64,000 nucleotides of DNA from Maricaulaceae bacterium (GCA_965183855.1 CBCYMI010000028.1:7701-71700), one strand, 5' to 3'. Shown: positions 9,939 to 20,559, counted from the first letter of the stretch. The notes: generated by a model from the letters alone, not told the origin. Translations and numbers: made by a program.

Positions 9939-12161
9939 TTATTTATCAAACAGGTTTTTTAATAAATCCTTTGCTTTATCTTCAATTTTTTCCTTTTTTT
10001 CTGGTTTTTTCTGTTGATCTTTTTGATCCTTAGACGAATCATTCTTTGGATCAATAATATTTTTAAGGAAATCAGACGTATTTTTATCCAGATTTTTCTC
10101 GATTAATTTTAATCCTTCTTTTTTAATTTCTTTTCTGGCATTTCGTTCAACAATTTTTTCTACCCGATCAATATCAAGCGTAATTTTAGGATCTGTTAAA
10201 CTTCCTTGAATAATAATATCAAAAGGAAGGAAATTATTTTTATCTGTTTGATCATTGGTTGAGGTCTTTGTGAGTTTAGGTGTTAATCTATATGCAATCT
10301 GTTTTTGAACAAGAGAAAGGTTTCCTTTTCCAAACACATTCAAATATGGCATGCTCATCACAAGATCATCATTGTTTACAACGCCATTAACAAGCTGAAA
10401 ACTCCCATTCATCTTAGAAAAATCGGTTGATTGTTCAGGTGAGATATATTGATAGATAGATTTTGACTGTATTAATTCTTTCCCAAGCTTTGTTAAAGAC
10501 TGGATGGATTGTTTTTTAAGTAAAGGCTCTATGGTTCTAGCAATTTGTCCAATATTAATTCCAGAAATTTTTCCATCCTCAACCGTAAAATGCCCTTCCC
10601 CGCTTAGATTTCGAACGATTAGATCCTGTGAATTTCCTTTTGTTTTTAAACTGATTGTAACGCCTGTTTTTCCTTTAAGCTTATCTATTTTTACAACAGA
10701 GCTTAAAAATGGATATAATTCAAAATCATGCAAATCCGCTTTAAGATTAAACAATGGCTGTGACGTTCTGGCATTTAAGGTTAAATCTCCACTTCCAATT
10801 CCATCATAAGCGTTTAATTCTGACATTAGCATTCTTAATTTTGCATTTGAAAGATCTGTTTTAATCTTCATTTTATCAATCACTATATCATTAAACGCAA
10901 TCTTTGAAAGATCGAGGTCAAACAAAGCATTAATCTGTCCTAAAGCAGAAAAATCCATTGCTTCTTTTGACCATTCCTGCGTTTGATTTTGAGTATTTTT
11001 CGCTTGCTCGGAGGATATTTCTTTTGAAGCGGATTCTGTTTTTTGATCAGAAGATGAAGAAGAGGGAAAGGTCTCCAGAGTTTTCGTAGAAATTGGTGGC
11101 GTTTCCTGAAAATAAGGGGTAAGATTTAATTCAGGAATAGACAAGTGTGCTTTTACAAACGGCTTTTTCTGAGACCAGTCTATATCAAGCGTGCCATTGG
11201 CTTTGATTTTATCAAAATTCACGAGAAGGTCAGAATATTCAACCCCCTTTAATCCTCCTGATAGCTTTCCTTCAAGACGAAATTTATCAAATACATCCCT
11301 CTTATTTCCTAATTCCATCTTAAAGATTTCAGCCAGTTTTTTAAGGTCTACCAGATTAATAATCAGGTTTCCTGAAAAATCTGGCTGATGACTTTGTAAA
11401 AACTGTCCTGTAAAGTCTGCTTTTACCAATTCTGTTTTTAAATGAAGCGAAAAAGGCGTTTCTTTTGCTTCAAAAAAACGGTTTAAAGAATCAAGCTTTA
11501 ACGCTGTTTCTATCCGATTTTTCTTATACTGGAAGCCTCCATTTAGTATAAAAGGCTGATGCAAGGATGGCATTTCTACAGAAAGGCTGACCTGATTAAT
11601 CTCCAGATTTTTATTCGTCATGCCATCTTGATATAGCAATAATCCATCTTCAATATGAATACGATCCAGCCTTAAATCTTTTAAGGGCAGGATATCGGGT
11701 CTTCTTTCAAAAGGCTTTTTAGCATGCGTTTTAGCATGCGTTTTATCTTTGGGTTGCTTTTCAGGCTCTGTTTTTTCTCCAAATGCCCAGTTAATTTCTC
11801 CTTTTTTATTTTTTTCCAGATAAATTTTTGGGCTTTTAAGCGTAAATTCATTAATTTCAACTTTTTTTTGTAATAATGCCCATAATTTAAGGCTCGCTTT
11901 CATTTTTTTGAGCTCAATCAAGGCAGGCCGTGAGAATTCCTTTGTATTTTCAACAACAATATTATGTGCGGTAACACTCACAGGAGGAAAAAGCGATAAC
12001 CCGATCTTTCCATTAATTTTAACAGGACGATTAAGTGCTTCACTTGCGTTTTTCTCAATCTGTTTTTTATAATAGGAAGTTGGAATAAAAAATGGGAGTG
12101 CAATCAAAGCAACAAGAATAATCAAAAGAAAGGAGAATAAAATCATTAAAAGCTTTTTCAT
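9939..12161 (-). CDS. AsmA-family outer-membrane biogenesis protein
   Basis: 740 aa with an N-terminal signal anchor, a long beta-rich body and a K/D/E-rich tail. Layout and N-terminal region are typical of AsmA-family proteins. Confidence 0.7.
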   Translation of the reverse strand: MKKLLMILFSFLLIILVALIALPFFIPTSYYKKQIEKNASEALNRPVKINGKIGLSLFPPVSVTAHNIVVENTKEFSRPALIELKKMKASLKLWALLQKKVEINEFTLKSPKIYLEKNKKGEINWAFGEKTEPEKQPKDKTHAKTHAKKPFERRPDILPLKDLRLDRIHIEDGLLLYQDGMTNKNLEINQVSLSVEMPSLHQPFILNGGFQYKKNRIETALKLDSLNRFFEAKETPFSLHLKTELVKADFTGQFLQSHQPDFSGNLIINLVDLKKLAEIFKMELGNKRDVFDKFRLEGKLSGGLKGVEYSDLLVNFDKIKANGTLDIDWSQKKPFVKAHLSIPELNLTPYFQETPPISTKTLETFPSSSSSDQKTESASKEISSEQAKNTQNQTQEWSKEAMDFSALGQINALFDLDLSKIAFNDIVIDKMKIKTDLSNAKLRMLMSELNAYDGIGSGDLTLNARTSQPLFNLKADLHDFELYPFLSSVVKIDKLKGKTGVTISLKTKGNSQDLIVRNLSGEGHFTVEDGKISGINIGQIARTIEPLLKKQSIQSLTKLGKELIQSKSIYQYISPEQSTDFSKMNGSFQLVNGVVNNDDLVMSMPYLNVFGKGNLSLVQKQIAYRLTPKLTKTSTNDQTDKNNFLPFDIIIQGSLTDPKITLDIDRVEKIVERNARKEIKKEGLKLIEKNLDKNTSDFLKNIIDPKNDSSKDQKDQQKKPEKKEKIEDKAKDLLKNLFDK

Positions 12162-12338
12162 GAGAACACCAGAATTTATGTTAATTTTGTGCTAATATTT
12201 AATAAGGCAATCTTTATGGACTCACTATCATTATGAATCAATCAATATTCATAATACAAAAGCCTATATGAATCAATACTTGATTCATTTTGTAAAATTT
12301 GTATAAAATGAATTATCCAGATTAGGGAGAATAGACAT

Positions 12339-13151
12339 ATGCAAAAGCAAACAGGTATAAAACCCATAGCTATGAAACCCATTGTGATGAATCGTCGAGA
12401 ATTGGTAACAGGTCTTGCAGCGGGAACAATTGTTCCTTTTATTGAAGGATGTGTACAAAATTCTGCTCTTGGTAGAAACCAGCTCTTACTAGTCTCAGAT
12501 GGTCAACTTGCTCAATTATCTGCCTCTGCCTGGCGAGATATCAAGCACACTCAGCGCGCTTCATCGGATAGAGTGTTAAGAAGGAAAGTTGAACGCGTTG
12601 GCAGTCGCATTGCGGATTCCGCGGGATTACAAAACTTAAACTGGGAATTTGAGGTCTTTGATAATGATCAAATTAATGCCTGGGTTATGCCAGGTGGAAA
12701 AGTCGGATTTTATAAAGGCATATTAGATATTATGGATAATGATGATCAGGTCTCTGTTGTAATGGGACATGAAGTCGGTCATGTGGTAGGTCATCATGCC
12801 GCAGAACGCTATAGTCAAAAACTTGCTGCAAATGTCGGCATGACCATTGCCCAAATTGCCTTGGCAAGCTCTGATATCAGCTATAAGCATGAACTTGCTG
12901 CAATCTTGGGCGCGGGTGTTACATTCGGAGTAATCCTACCCTATTCACGCAAGCATGAATATGAAGCGGACAGGCTTGGAGTTGGGTTTATGGGTAAATC
13001 AAACTATAATGTCCAAGAAGCATTGAATTTCTGGCAAAGAATGTCTTCTAAAAACAAACGCAAACCTTTAGAATTTATGTCAACCCACCCTTCTGATGAA
13101 AACCGGATCAGGGCAATGAGAAGCTATATTAATCGAATGGGATTATTATAA
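12339..13151 (+). CDS. M48-family zinc metallopeptidase (lipoprotein-like)
   Basis: HEVGHVVGHH (HExxH) with a downstream EYEADRLG, and an N-terminal signal ending ..FIEGC. Confidence 0.8.
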   Translation: MQKQTGIKPIAMKPIVMNRRELVTGLAAGTIVPFIEGCVQNSALGRNQLLLVSDGQLAQLSASAWRDIKHTQRASSDRVLRRKVERVGSRIADSAGLQNLNWEFEVFDNDQINAWVMPGGKVGFYKGILDIMDNDDQVSVVMGHEVGHVVGHHAAERYSQKLAANVGMTIAQIALASSDISYKHELAAILGAGVTFGVILPYSRKHEYEADRLGVGFMGKSNYNVQEALNFWQRMSSKNKRKPLEFMSTHPSDENRIRAMRSYINRMGLL

Positions 13152-13871
13152 TAAATAGAATAAACAAATAAAACCAATTTATAAAAACAGGATAGCTTAA
13201 CCTGCGATCAAATCCAAAGCGCCTATTTGTATCTTAATGAAATCATTCAACTAACAAAACAGATAAAATAATCGAATAAATAAATCATAGAAGAAGATAA
13301 AAATAAAACAAAAGAGTAAAATTCTAAAATATTCTATCTCTTTTGCTAAGTCAAACCCTTGGATTTAAAGAGAATTATATTTTCAAAATATACATTAAAC
13401 CATGCTTGGCAAACGGCTTGAAAACAGGATTAAAAAGAATAAATTCTACCAAAATATAATGGAAAACTCCTTATTTTTAGCCCTTCATAACAGATATTAA
13501 GTGATATCATTTCAATAAAACTTAACCCCCTATCATCTGTTTTAATAAATGGTTGAATAAAAATATTACGCTCTTCTATGTTTTCCTTTTTCATGATCCA
13601 TTCCAGCTTTTCAAGCTTGTTTGCTTCCCTTTCCAACTCGTCTTGTTTTCTTCTTCTAATTTTAGTCTTTAAAACAGCATTCTAAATCCATTTTTTTCTT
13701 TTTTATTTATAAGTTTTCTTTCTATTTGTCTTAAAAGAAAATCTTGCTTTTAAGCATTTACAGCGCTTTTAAATCTGAATATATAATTTTGTGCCCTGCC
13801 AGCAAAAAGAATGTATTTTATCCCTTGTCATTCAAAGAATCACAGTATAGTAATAATCGCATTATATAGAT

Positions 13872-13948
13872 GCCGCGGTAGCTCAGTTGGTTAGAGCGCT
13901 TGATTGTGGATCAAGAGGTCCGGGGTTCGATTCCCTGCCGTGGTACCA
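13872..13948 (+). tRNA. tRNA-His (GUG), no encoded G-1, G1-U72, A73, CCA encoded
   Basis: Hand-folded cloverleaf: acceptor gccgcgg/ccgtggt, D arm gctc-agttggtta-gagc, anticodon arm cttga-ttGTGga-tcaag, variable loop aggtc, T arm cgggg-ttcgatt-ccctg, then A and CCA. The base before position 1 is T. Confidence 0.9.
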
Positions 13949-14449
13949 TTATATCTTTTTATATAAAACAAGCAAGATTAACAAGAATAAATTTTGTGTA
14001 AAGAATTTTATATATCAAATCATAATACGCTTTTTTATGCTATTAAACATAGAATCATTTATCTCTTTCTTAAAAAAACCGGGTAATCTTAAACTCAGAT
14101 ACAAAACCTTTTAAAAACAGATCTTTTATCAAATCAAATTTCAAATCCCCTATCCAAACAGATTAAATATTCTGTTTTTTATTGAAAATAAAGTTTCTCT
14201 TCTCTATTAGATATCATTTTATATTAAGGCTAAAAGAATTTAACAAAATAAATCAGAAAATTTAATTTATTTTTTTTTGTTGTTAATAAAAAATTAAGGT
14301 TTTCTTTATATTCAGAATATAACTTATAAAGTTAGAAACATAGCACAAGATCAAGATGATAAAAAAATATAGGTTGAAAAGCCTATATTTTTTTATGTGT
14401 AGAAAGCATTTTTTCCTATCTGTTTTTTCAAAATCCCTAAAATATACAA

Positions 14450-15470
14450 ATAAGCTCTTAAGCTTAATCTTGCTAATTAGCGACACACATTCGTGTGTGC
14501 TTTTTTTAAGAGCGCTCAGTATCAATGTTAAGCTCTTAAGCTTAATCTTGCTAATTAGCGACACACATTCGTGTGTTATTTCTTAAAGCGCGCTGAGTAG
14601 AAACATTAAGCTCTTAAGTTTAATCTTGCTAGTTAGCGACACACATTCGTGTGTTATTTCTTAAAGCGCGCTGAGTAGAAACATTAAGCTCTTAAGTTTA
14701 ATCTTGCTAGTTAGCGACACACATTCGTGTGTGCTTTTTTTAAGAGCGTTCAGTATCAATGTTAAGCTCTTAAGCTTAATCTTGCTAATTAGCGACACAC
14801 ATTCGTGTGTTATTTCTTAAAGCGCGCTGAGTAGAAACATTAAGCTCTTAAGTTTAATCTTGCTAATTAGCGACACACATTCGTGTGTGCTTTTTTTAAG
14901 AGCGTTCAGTATCAATGTTAAGCTCTTAAGCTTAATCTTGCTAATTAGAGACACACATTCGTGTGTTATTTCTTAAAGCGCGCTGAGTAGAAACATTAAG
15001 CTCTTAAGTTTAATCTTGCTAATTAGAGACACACATTCGTGTGTTATTTCTTAAAGCGCGCTGAGTAGAAACATTAAGCTCTTAAGTTTAATCTTGCTAG
15101 TTAGCGACACACATTCGTGTGTTATTTCTTAAAGCGCGCTGAGTAGAAACATTAAGCTCTTAAGTTTAATCTTGCTAGTTAGCGACACACATTCGTGTGT
15201 GCTTTTTTTAAGAGCGTTCAGTATCAATGTTAAGCTCTTAAGCTTAATCTTGCTAATTAGAGACACACATTCGTGTGTTATTTCTTAAAGCGCGCTGAGT
15301 AGAAACATTAAGCTCTTAAGTTTAATCTTGCTAATTAGAGACACACATTCGTGTGTTATTTCTTAAAGCGCGCTGAGTAGAAACATTAAGCTCTTAAGTT
15401 TAATCTTGCTAGTTAGCGACACACATTCGTGTGTTATTTCTTAAAGCGCGCTTAGTATATAAAATAAGGT
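14450..15470. repeat. Tandem REP array, 78-bp period, 13 hairpins
   Basis: The hairpin ACACACATTCGTGTGT recurs at ~14484, 14562, 14640 ... 15420, an exact 78-bp spacing. Two body subtypes (..cagtatcaatgttaag.. and ..gagtagaaacattaag..) are intermixed. Confidence 0.95.
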
Positions 15471-15539
15471 CCAGAGTGTCATATTTTAAAACTTGGGATA
15501 AGCTTACATTAAAATAGATAAAAATTCAATAGAATAATG

Positions 15540-15660
15540 TAAAACCAGACTAAAATTGTATAAAGATAGAGATCATTAACTCATAATATTGATATAATCT
15601 ATTTATAGGGCATATAAAACTTTATTATAGATCTTCTTAAAAGCACTTAGTATATAAAAA
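15540..15660 (-). promoter_or_regulatory. Orphan diverged copy of the peptide-gene upstream module
   Basis: The sequence aaaaccagactaaaattgtataaagatagagatcattaactcataatattgatataatctatttatagggcatataaaactttattatagatcttcttaaaagcactt aligns with the module found upstream of six leader-peptide genes. No peptide gene follows it. Confidence 0.4.
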
Positions 15661-15696
15661 TAAGACTTTTAAGTTTAATCTTGCTAATTAGCGTAC

Positions 15697-16859
15697 CTAA
15701 ATAAAGTCAGCCCTTTGGCTGCGAACGTGTGTGGTTTTAAGGAGCGTTTCAAGTTTTTTCGATTGTATCTTTAAATTAAACTGTTCTAACGCTCTTTTTC
15801 TTCCTGCATCCCCAAATCTTGCCACCTCGTCAAAATCAGATAAAGCCTTCTTTAAACAGGCTTTAAAAGCTTGTTTATTTCCCTCTTTAAAAATCCAACC
15901 TGTTTGACCATCAAGAACCGCTTCTGGCAAACCTGCATGATCAGAACTAATAATAGCAGCACCAGACATCATGCCTTCCAGCGCAATCATTGGTAATCCT
16001 TCACAATCTCCATTTGACGCCATTTTTGATGGAACAAGAACCAGTTTTGCTGAAGATAAATACACTCTGATTTGCTCTGGAGAAACCCAGCCTGGAAATT
16101 CCGCATGAATCCCAGAATGCATTAATTGAGATCTTGCTTGATCCCATAATGCTCCACTACCCAAAAAGAAAAATTGCCAATCATGAATTGGTTTAAATCC
16201 TTCTTGCGTTAACTCAATTAATGCCTGAACAATTAAATCAATTCCTTTTTTTTCAACCATACGACCTGCAAAAACAACCCTGTTTTCTTTTTTCGATGGA
16301 TAAAAATAATCTGGATCAACACCATTATAATGCGTTTGAACCCTTTTCTCTAAAGCGCCTTGTGCCAATAATCTTGCCTTTATAAAATCCGAAACCGCTA
16401 AAATTAAATCTGCAGATCTAAATAAATCCGCACGCCTTCGATTATAGCTTTTTAAAAATATTCTGATCTGTATGACTCCGCTTGGTCGCATCCGCGCCAT
16501 GATAGGTAACAATTAAAGGAAGATTTAAAATTCTGGATAAAGGTAAAGCATATGCGCCACTTTTGCCAAAATGTGCATGTATTACTCCAAATTCCCGCTT
16601 TCTTAAAACATGAACCAAACGATTAGGAAGAATTCCCATCACATGAAATAAAAAACGCTCTATTGATTTAAATCGATAAAATGAATTAAAATCCAATACA
16701 AAATTCAGATTAATAATAGATCGACGTTCTGACTGTTTTCTTAAATGCCCACTATAAAATACTTCTAAATCTTGAAAAAGCGTAATACGCCCTTTGAATA
16801 AAGCTTTCAGAAGGTAAAAAAAGCTTGTCTCGATAAACCAATATTCGATGATGATCCAT
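15697..16859 (-). pseudogene. GT4-type glycosyltransferase, fragmented by at least two frameshifts
   Basis: The pieces 16859..~16760, 16696..16442 and 16512..15697 together give one glycosyltransferase with an E-x7-E region (EGLPMIALE). The frame changes sit at a T5 run (~16800) and a T5/A5 run (~16455). The last ~12 codons and the stop lie in a REP cap hairpin. Confidence 0.7.
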
Positions 16860-17206
16860 ATAAGACTCTTATCATAATGGCGAAATTATATATATAAACC
16901 TACCTATATATCATAGAGTTCATAAAAACAATTCCAGCTAATCATTCTCTTTTAAAAAACTTAAAATCTTACCTAGTTAAACATGATTTAACGCTTAAAA
17001 TAATCAAGCCTTTCTTAAAACCAGAATATCTTAAAAAACCTAAGAAAATAAAAGGAAACCCATAAAAAAATTATTTTAAAGTCCGTATTTTAAACTCCTG
17101 ATAAAAAATTCTTTAAACACGCACACTCTTTTTTTACAAAAAAAATCTTGATAAAATAAAAAAATAGATTAAAATGCATTCCAAACAAGCGGTCATAAAA
17201 TAAAAG

Positions 17207-18005
17207 CGGGATAGAAATTGCAGGCAGAGATTAGAAATTGCAGACAGAGATTAGATGCCGCGGACAGAAATAGAGGCTGCGGGCAGAGATTAGATGCCGC
17301 GGACAGAAATAGAGGCTGCGGGCAGAGATTAGAGGCTGCAGACAGAGATTAGATGCCGCGGACAGAAATAGAGGCTGCGGGCGGAGATTAGAGGCCGCGG
17401 ACAGAAATAGAGGCTGCAGGCAGAGATTAGATGCCACGGACAGAAATAGAGGCTGCAGGCAGAGATTAGATGCCGCGGACAGAAATAGAGGCCGCGGGCA
17501 GAGATTAGATGCCGCGGACAGAAATAGAGGCTGCGGGCAGAGATTAGATGCCGCGGACAGAAATAGAGGCTGCAGGCAGAGATTAGATGCCGCGGACAGA
17601 AATAGAGGCTGCAGACAGAGATTAGATGCCGCGGATAGAAATAGAGGCTGCAGGCAGAGATTAGATGCCGCGGACAGAAATAGAGGCTGCAGGCAGAGAT
17701 TAGATGGCCGCGGACAGAAATAGAGGCTGCAGGCAGAGATTAGATGCCGCGGACAGAAATAGAGGCCGCGGGCAGAGATTAGATGCCGCGGACAAAAATA
17801 GAGGCCGCGGACAGAAATAGAGGCCGCGGGCAGAGATTAGATGCCGCGGACAGAAATAGAGGCTGCGGGCAGAGATTAGATGCCGCGGACAGAAATAGAG
17901 GCTGCAGGCAGAGATTAGATGCCGCGGACAGAAATAGAGGCTGCGGGCGGAGATTAGAGGCTACAGACAGAAATAGAGGCTGCGGGCATAAGCTTTAGAT
18001 TAGCA
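17207..18005. repeat. 39-bp tandem array (~20 units), each unit made of two ~19/20-bp half-repeats
   Basis: The unit agattagatgccgcggacagaaatagaggctgc(g/a)ggcag repeats head to tail. Its half-units, cagagattagatgccgcgga and cagaaatagaggctgcgggc, are related to each other. It is unrelated to the REP family. Confidence 0.95.
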
Positions 18006-18100
18006 ATGCCTCTCGAAATGAAACAAAAAACCTGCGGATATAGGTTTTAAAATGAGCAATAAACGCTCACGAATGAGATAAATTAAAGAAATAAAACCCC

Positions 18101-18181
18101 ATGATGATCAAATTAAAAATACATTTCTCAGTTCAAAAAACAGGATGGTGGTCTGGTATCATCAGGCCTATTTGTATCTAA
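18101..18181 (+). CDS. trpL: trp operon leader peptide (26 aa) with tandem Trp codons
   Basis: Encodes MMIKLKIHFSVQKTGWWSGIIRPICI*, with TGG TGG at 18146..18151. It lies ~100 nt upstream of trpE and is followed by a strong intrinsic terminator. Confidence 0.65.
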   Translation: MMIKLKIHFSVQKTGWWSGIIRPICI

Positions 18182-18206
18182 TTCTCTCTTATACCAATGA
18201 TCAATA

Positions 18207-18236
18207 AAAGGCCCGCTCTTAGCGGGCTTTTTTTTA
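18207..18236 (+). terminator. trp attenuator (intrinsic terminator)
   Basis: Stem gcccgct (18211..18217) pairs with agcgggc (18221..18227) around a 3-nt loop, followed by a T8 run. It lies ~50 nt before the trpE start. Confidence 0.7.
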
Positions 18237-18284
18237 ATTTAACCGCAATAGAAAAACTGCTTTATACGCTCGCAAGGAAAAATC

Positions 18285-19868
18285 ATGAAGGAAGTCTCCA
18301 TTGGAGAAATTAATCTCATAAATCAAAAAATACACTATATTAATAATCCAACAAATCTATTTCATCAAATAGGATTAAATCGTCCACACACACTTTTGTT
18401 TGAATCCGCAGAAACACAATCTAAAAAAGAAATACAGAGCCTAATGCTCATAGACGCCGCCGTTCAAATTACCTGTAAAGAACAAACCGTCGAATTTAAA
18501 GCATTAACCCAAAACGGGATAAACTGTATAAACGCGATTAAACAAGCCTTTACAAAAACAAATCATAAACTGAATGAACGCCAAAACAAGCTGATGATAA
18601 CATTTCCAAAACCAAAATATGACGCAATGGAAGAAGAAGAAAAATTTCATTCTCCTTCCGTTCTCGACGCTCTGCGTTTAACACAAAAATCTTTTAAAAA
18701 TCTAAAACAACACCCAAAACAAGCCCTGTTTATCGCGGGAATATTTAGTTATGACCTTGTTTCATCTTTTGAAACATTGCCTGAGCTCGATCAAGTCAAA
18801 CCTTGTCCAGATTATGTCTTTTATATCTCGGAAATATTATTGATCATTAATCATAAACAAAAAACCTCCCATTTGCAGGCAACCGTGTTTGGAGCAAAAA
18901 ATCATGCTAAGATTCATAGTAAATTAACCAAAAGAATAGGTGAGCTCGCGAGTCAAAAATATACCAAAATCAAGCCATTGCCAAATTCTGACACTCAAAA
19001 TCTGGATGTGTTTACTTCTCTAAGTGATCAACAATTTGCAAATCAAGTCCGTTCTCTTAAAAACTATATTAAAAAAGGAGATATTTATCAGGTCGTTCCT
19101 TCCCGAAAATTTAAAATTGAATGCACAAACCCATTATCGGCATATTGTGAACTAAAACGAACCAATCCAAGCCCGTATATGTTTTATTTTCAACATGAAA
19201 GCTTTACCTTGTTTGGAGCCTCCCCAGAAAGTGCTCTGAAATATGACGCAAAAACAAATCAAGTGGAAATCTATCCAATTGCGGGAACCAGACCACGTGG
19301 AAAACAGCCAAATGGAACTCTCAATCAAGACTTGATACACGGATTGAACTCGAATTAAGACAAGATCAAAAAGAACAGGCAGAACATATCATGCTGGTCG
19401 ACCTTGCCAGAAACGATATTGCCAAGAATTAGTAAAACAGGAACCAGAAAACTCGCAGAACTCTTGCAAATCGATCGATATAGCCATGTCATGCATCTCG
19501 TTTCTCGTATTACCGGACAGCTTAGAAAAGAATTAGATGCTCTACATGCCTATCAGGCATGCATGAATATGGGAACGCTAACAGGAGCTCCCAAAATTAG
19601 AGCCATGGAACTCATCCGACAATATGAAAATGAATATAGAGGAACATATGGTGGCGCAATCGGATATCTAAACGGACATGGAGATTTAGATAGCTGTATT
19701 ATTATCCGTTCTGCCTATGTTAAAGATAAATATGCCCATATCCAAACAGGTGCTGGAATCGTCGCAGATTCTATCCCAGAAAAAGAAGCCCTGGAAACAA
19801 TCCAAAAAGCACAATCCGTCTTGTCCGCAATCCAGTCAAGCCAAACCCCAATAAGGAGAAATACATGA
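18285..19868 (+). pseudogene. trpE: Anthranilate synthase component I, carrying a -1 and a +1 frameshift 93 bp apart
   Basis: ORFs 18285..19358 and 19404..19868 are in the same frame. The conserved segment [32 protein letters not shown] between them reads only in another frame. A base is missing near 19334 (gacttg-ata) and an extra A is present near 19427 (aagAatt). As written, translation stops at 19356..19358. Confidence 0.85.
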
Positions 19869-19953
19869 ACCTCCAATATAATCTGAGCAATCAAAAACTG
19901 GAATGCGCTTTGTCAGCACCCAGATCAAACCAAGAGATCAATGAGGTAAATCT

Positions 19954-20559
19954 ATGAAATCAGCGCACATCCTCTTAATTGATAATTTTGACTCCTTTAC
20001 CTATAATCTGGTCGATCAGTTTCGAATATTAGGCTTGAAAACCAGTATTTATCGAAACCATATTCCATATCAAAAAATAATCAATATTATCCAGGATTAT
20101 ATAAACCCAATCCTCGTCTTTTCACCAGGTCCCAGCACACCTGACAAGGCTGGAAATATGCCAGAGTTAATCCAGCATTTTAAAGGAAAACTCCCAATCC
20201 TCGGCATTTGCCTCGGACATCAGGCAATCATAGAAGCATATGGAGGCTCTATTGGAAAAGCAAACCAGATCTTTCACGGAAAAACTTCAAATATCACAAC
20301 AACCCCACATCCTGTTTTTTCAGGACTCTCAAATCCGCTCATTGTCGGACGCTATCACGCTTTGATTGGAACAAAAATTCCAAAAAGCCTTAAAATTATC
20401 GCAAAACATCAAAACCAAATCATGAGTATTGCTCATAAAACAGATAAAACAATTGGCTATCAATTCCATCCAGAATCCATCCTGACAACACAAGGAGAAA
20501 CCCTGCTAAAAAATACCATAAAATGGCTCTTGTCCTCTGATCAATCATCCACATCCTAA
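19954..20559 (+). CDS. trpG: Anthranilate synthase component II (glutamine amidotransferase)
   Basis: Shows GICLGHQ (catalytic Cys) and FHPES (His/Glu). 201 aa. Confidence 0.9.
   Translation: MKSAHILLIDNFDSFTYNLVDQFRILGLKTSIYRNHIPYQKIINIIQDYINPILVFSPGPSTPDKAGNMPELIQHFKGKLPILGICLGHQAIIEAYGGSIGKANQIFHGKTSNITTTPHPVFSGLSNPLIVGRYHALIGTKIPKSLKIIAKHQNQIMSIAHKTDKTIGYQFHPESILTTQGETLLKNTIKWLLSSDQSSTS

Noticed and set aside
10504-11388. Plus-strand ORFs 10504..10809 and 11191..11388
   Set aside because: They are antisense to the long, continuous AsmA-family gene. They are typical shadow ORFs.
13430-13636. ORF 13430..13636 (-), 68 aa
   Set aside because: It is isolated in a long AT-rich gap with no RBS or family resemblance, so there is insufficient support to call it a gene.
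13887-14114. ORF 13887..14114 (+)
   Set aside because: It starts inside the tRNA-His gene and continues into very AT-rich low-complexity sequence, so it is not credible as coding.
14283-14586. ORFs 14283..14564 (-) and 14356..14586 (+)
   Set aside because: Both run through the 78-bp REP array. Their periodic translated sequence (SLISKIKLKSL...) is a repeat artefact.
14450-15470. Regularly spaced 78-bp repeats (and the 83- and 91-bp arrays elsewhere) as a possible CRISPR array
   Set aside because: The whole period is repeated. There are no unique spacers between the hairpins, only two alternating body subtypes, and there are no cas genes. These are tandem REP-type units.
17231-17998. ORFs 17231..17437 (-) and 17783..17998 (+) with repetitive proline/arginine-rich products
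   Set aside because: They lie entirely within the 39-bp tandem array, are open on both strands because of the repeat, and have no RBS or family resemblance.
19865-19957. 30-codon ORF ([30 protein letters not shown]) between trpE and trpG
   Set aside because: It overlaps the trpE stop and the trpG RBS region and shows no conservation signal. It is most likely a chance ORF in the intercistronic spacer.
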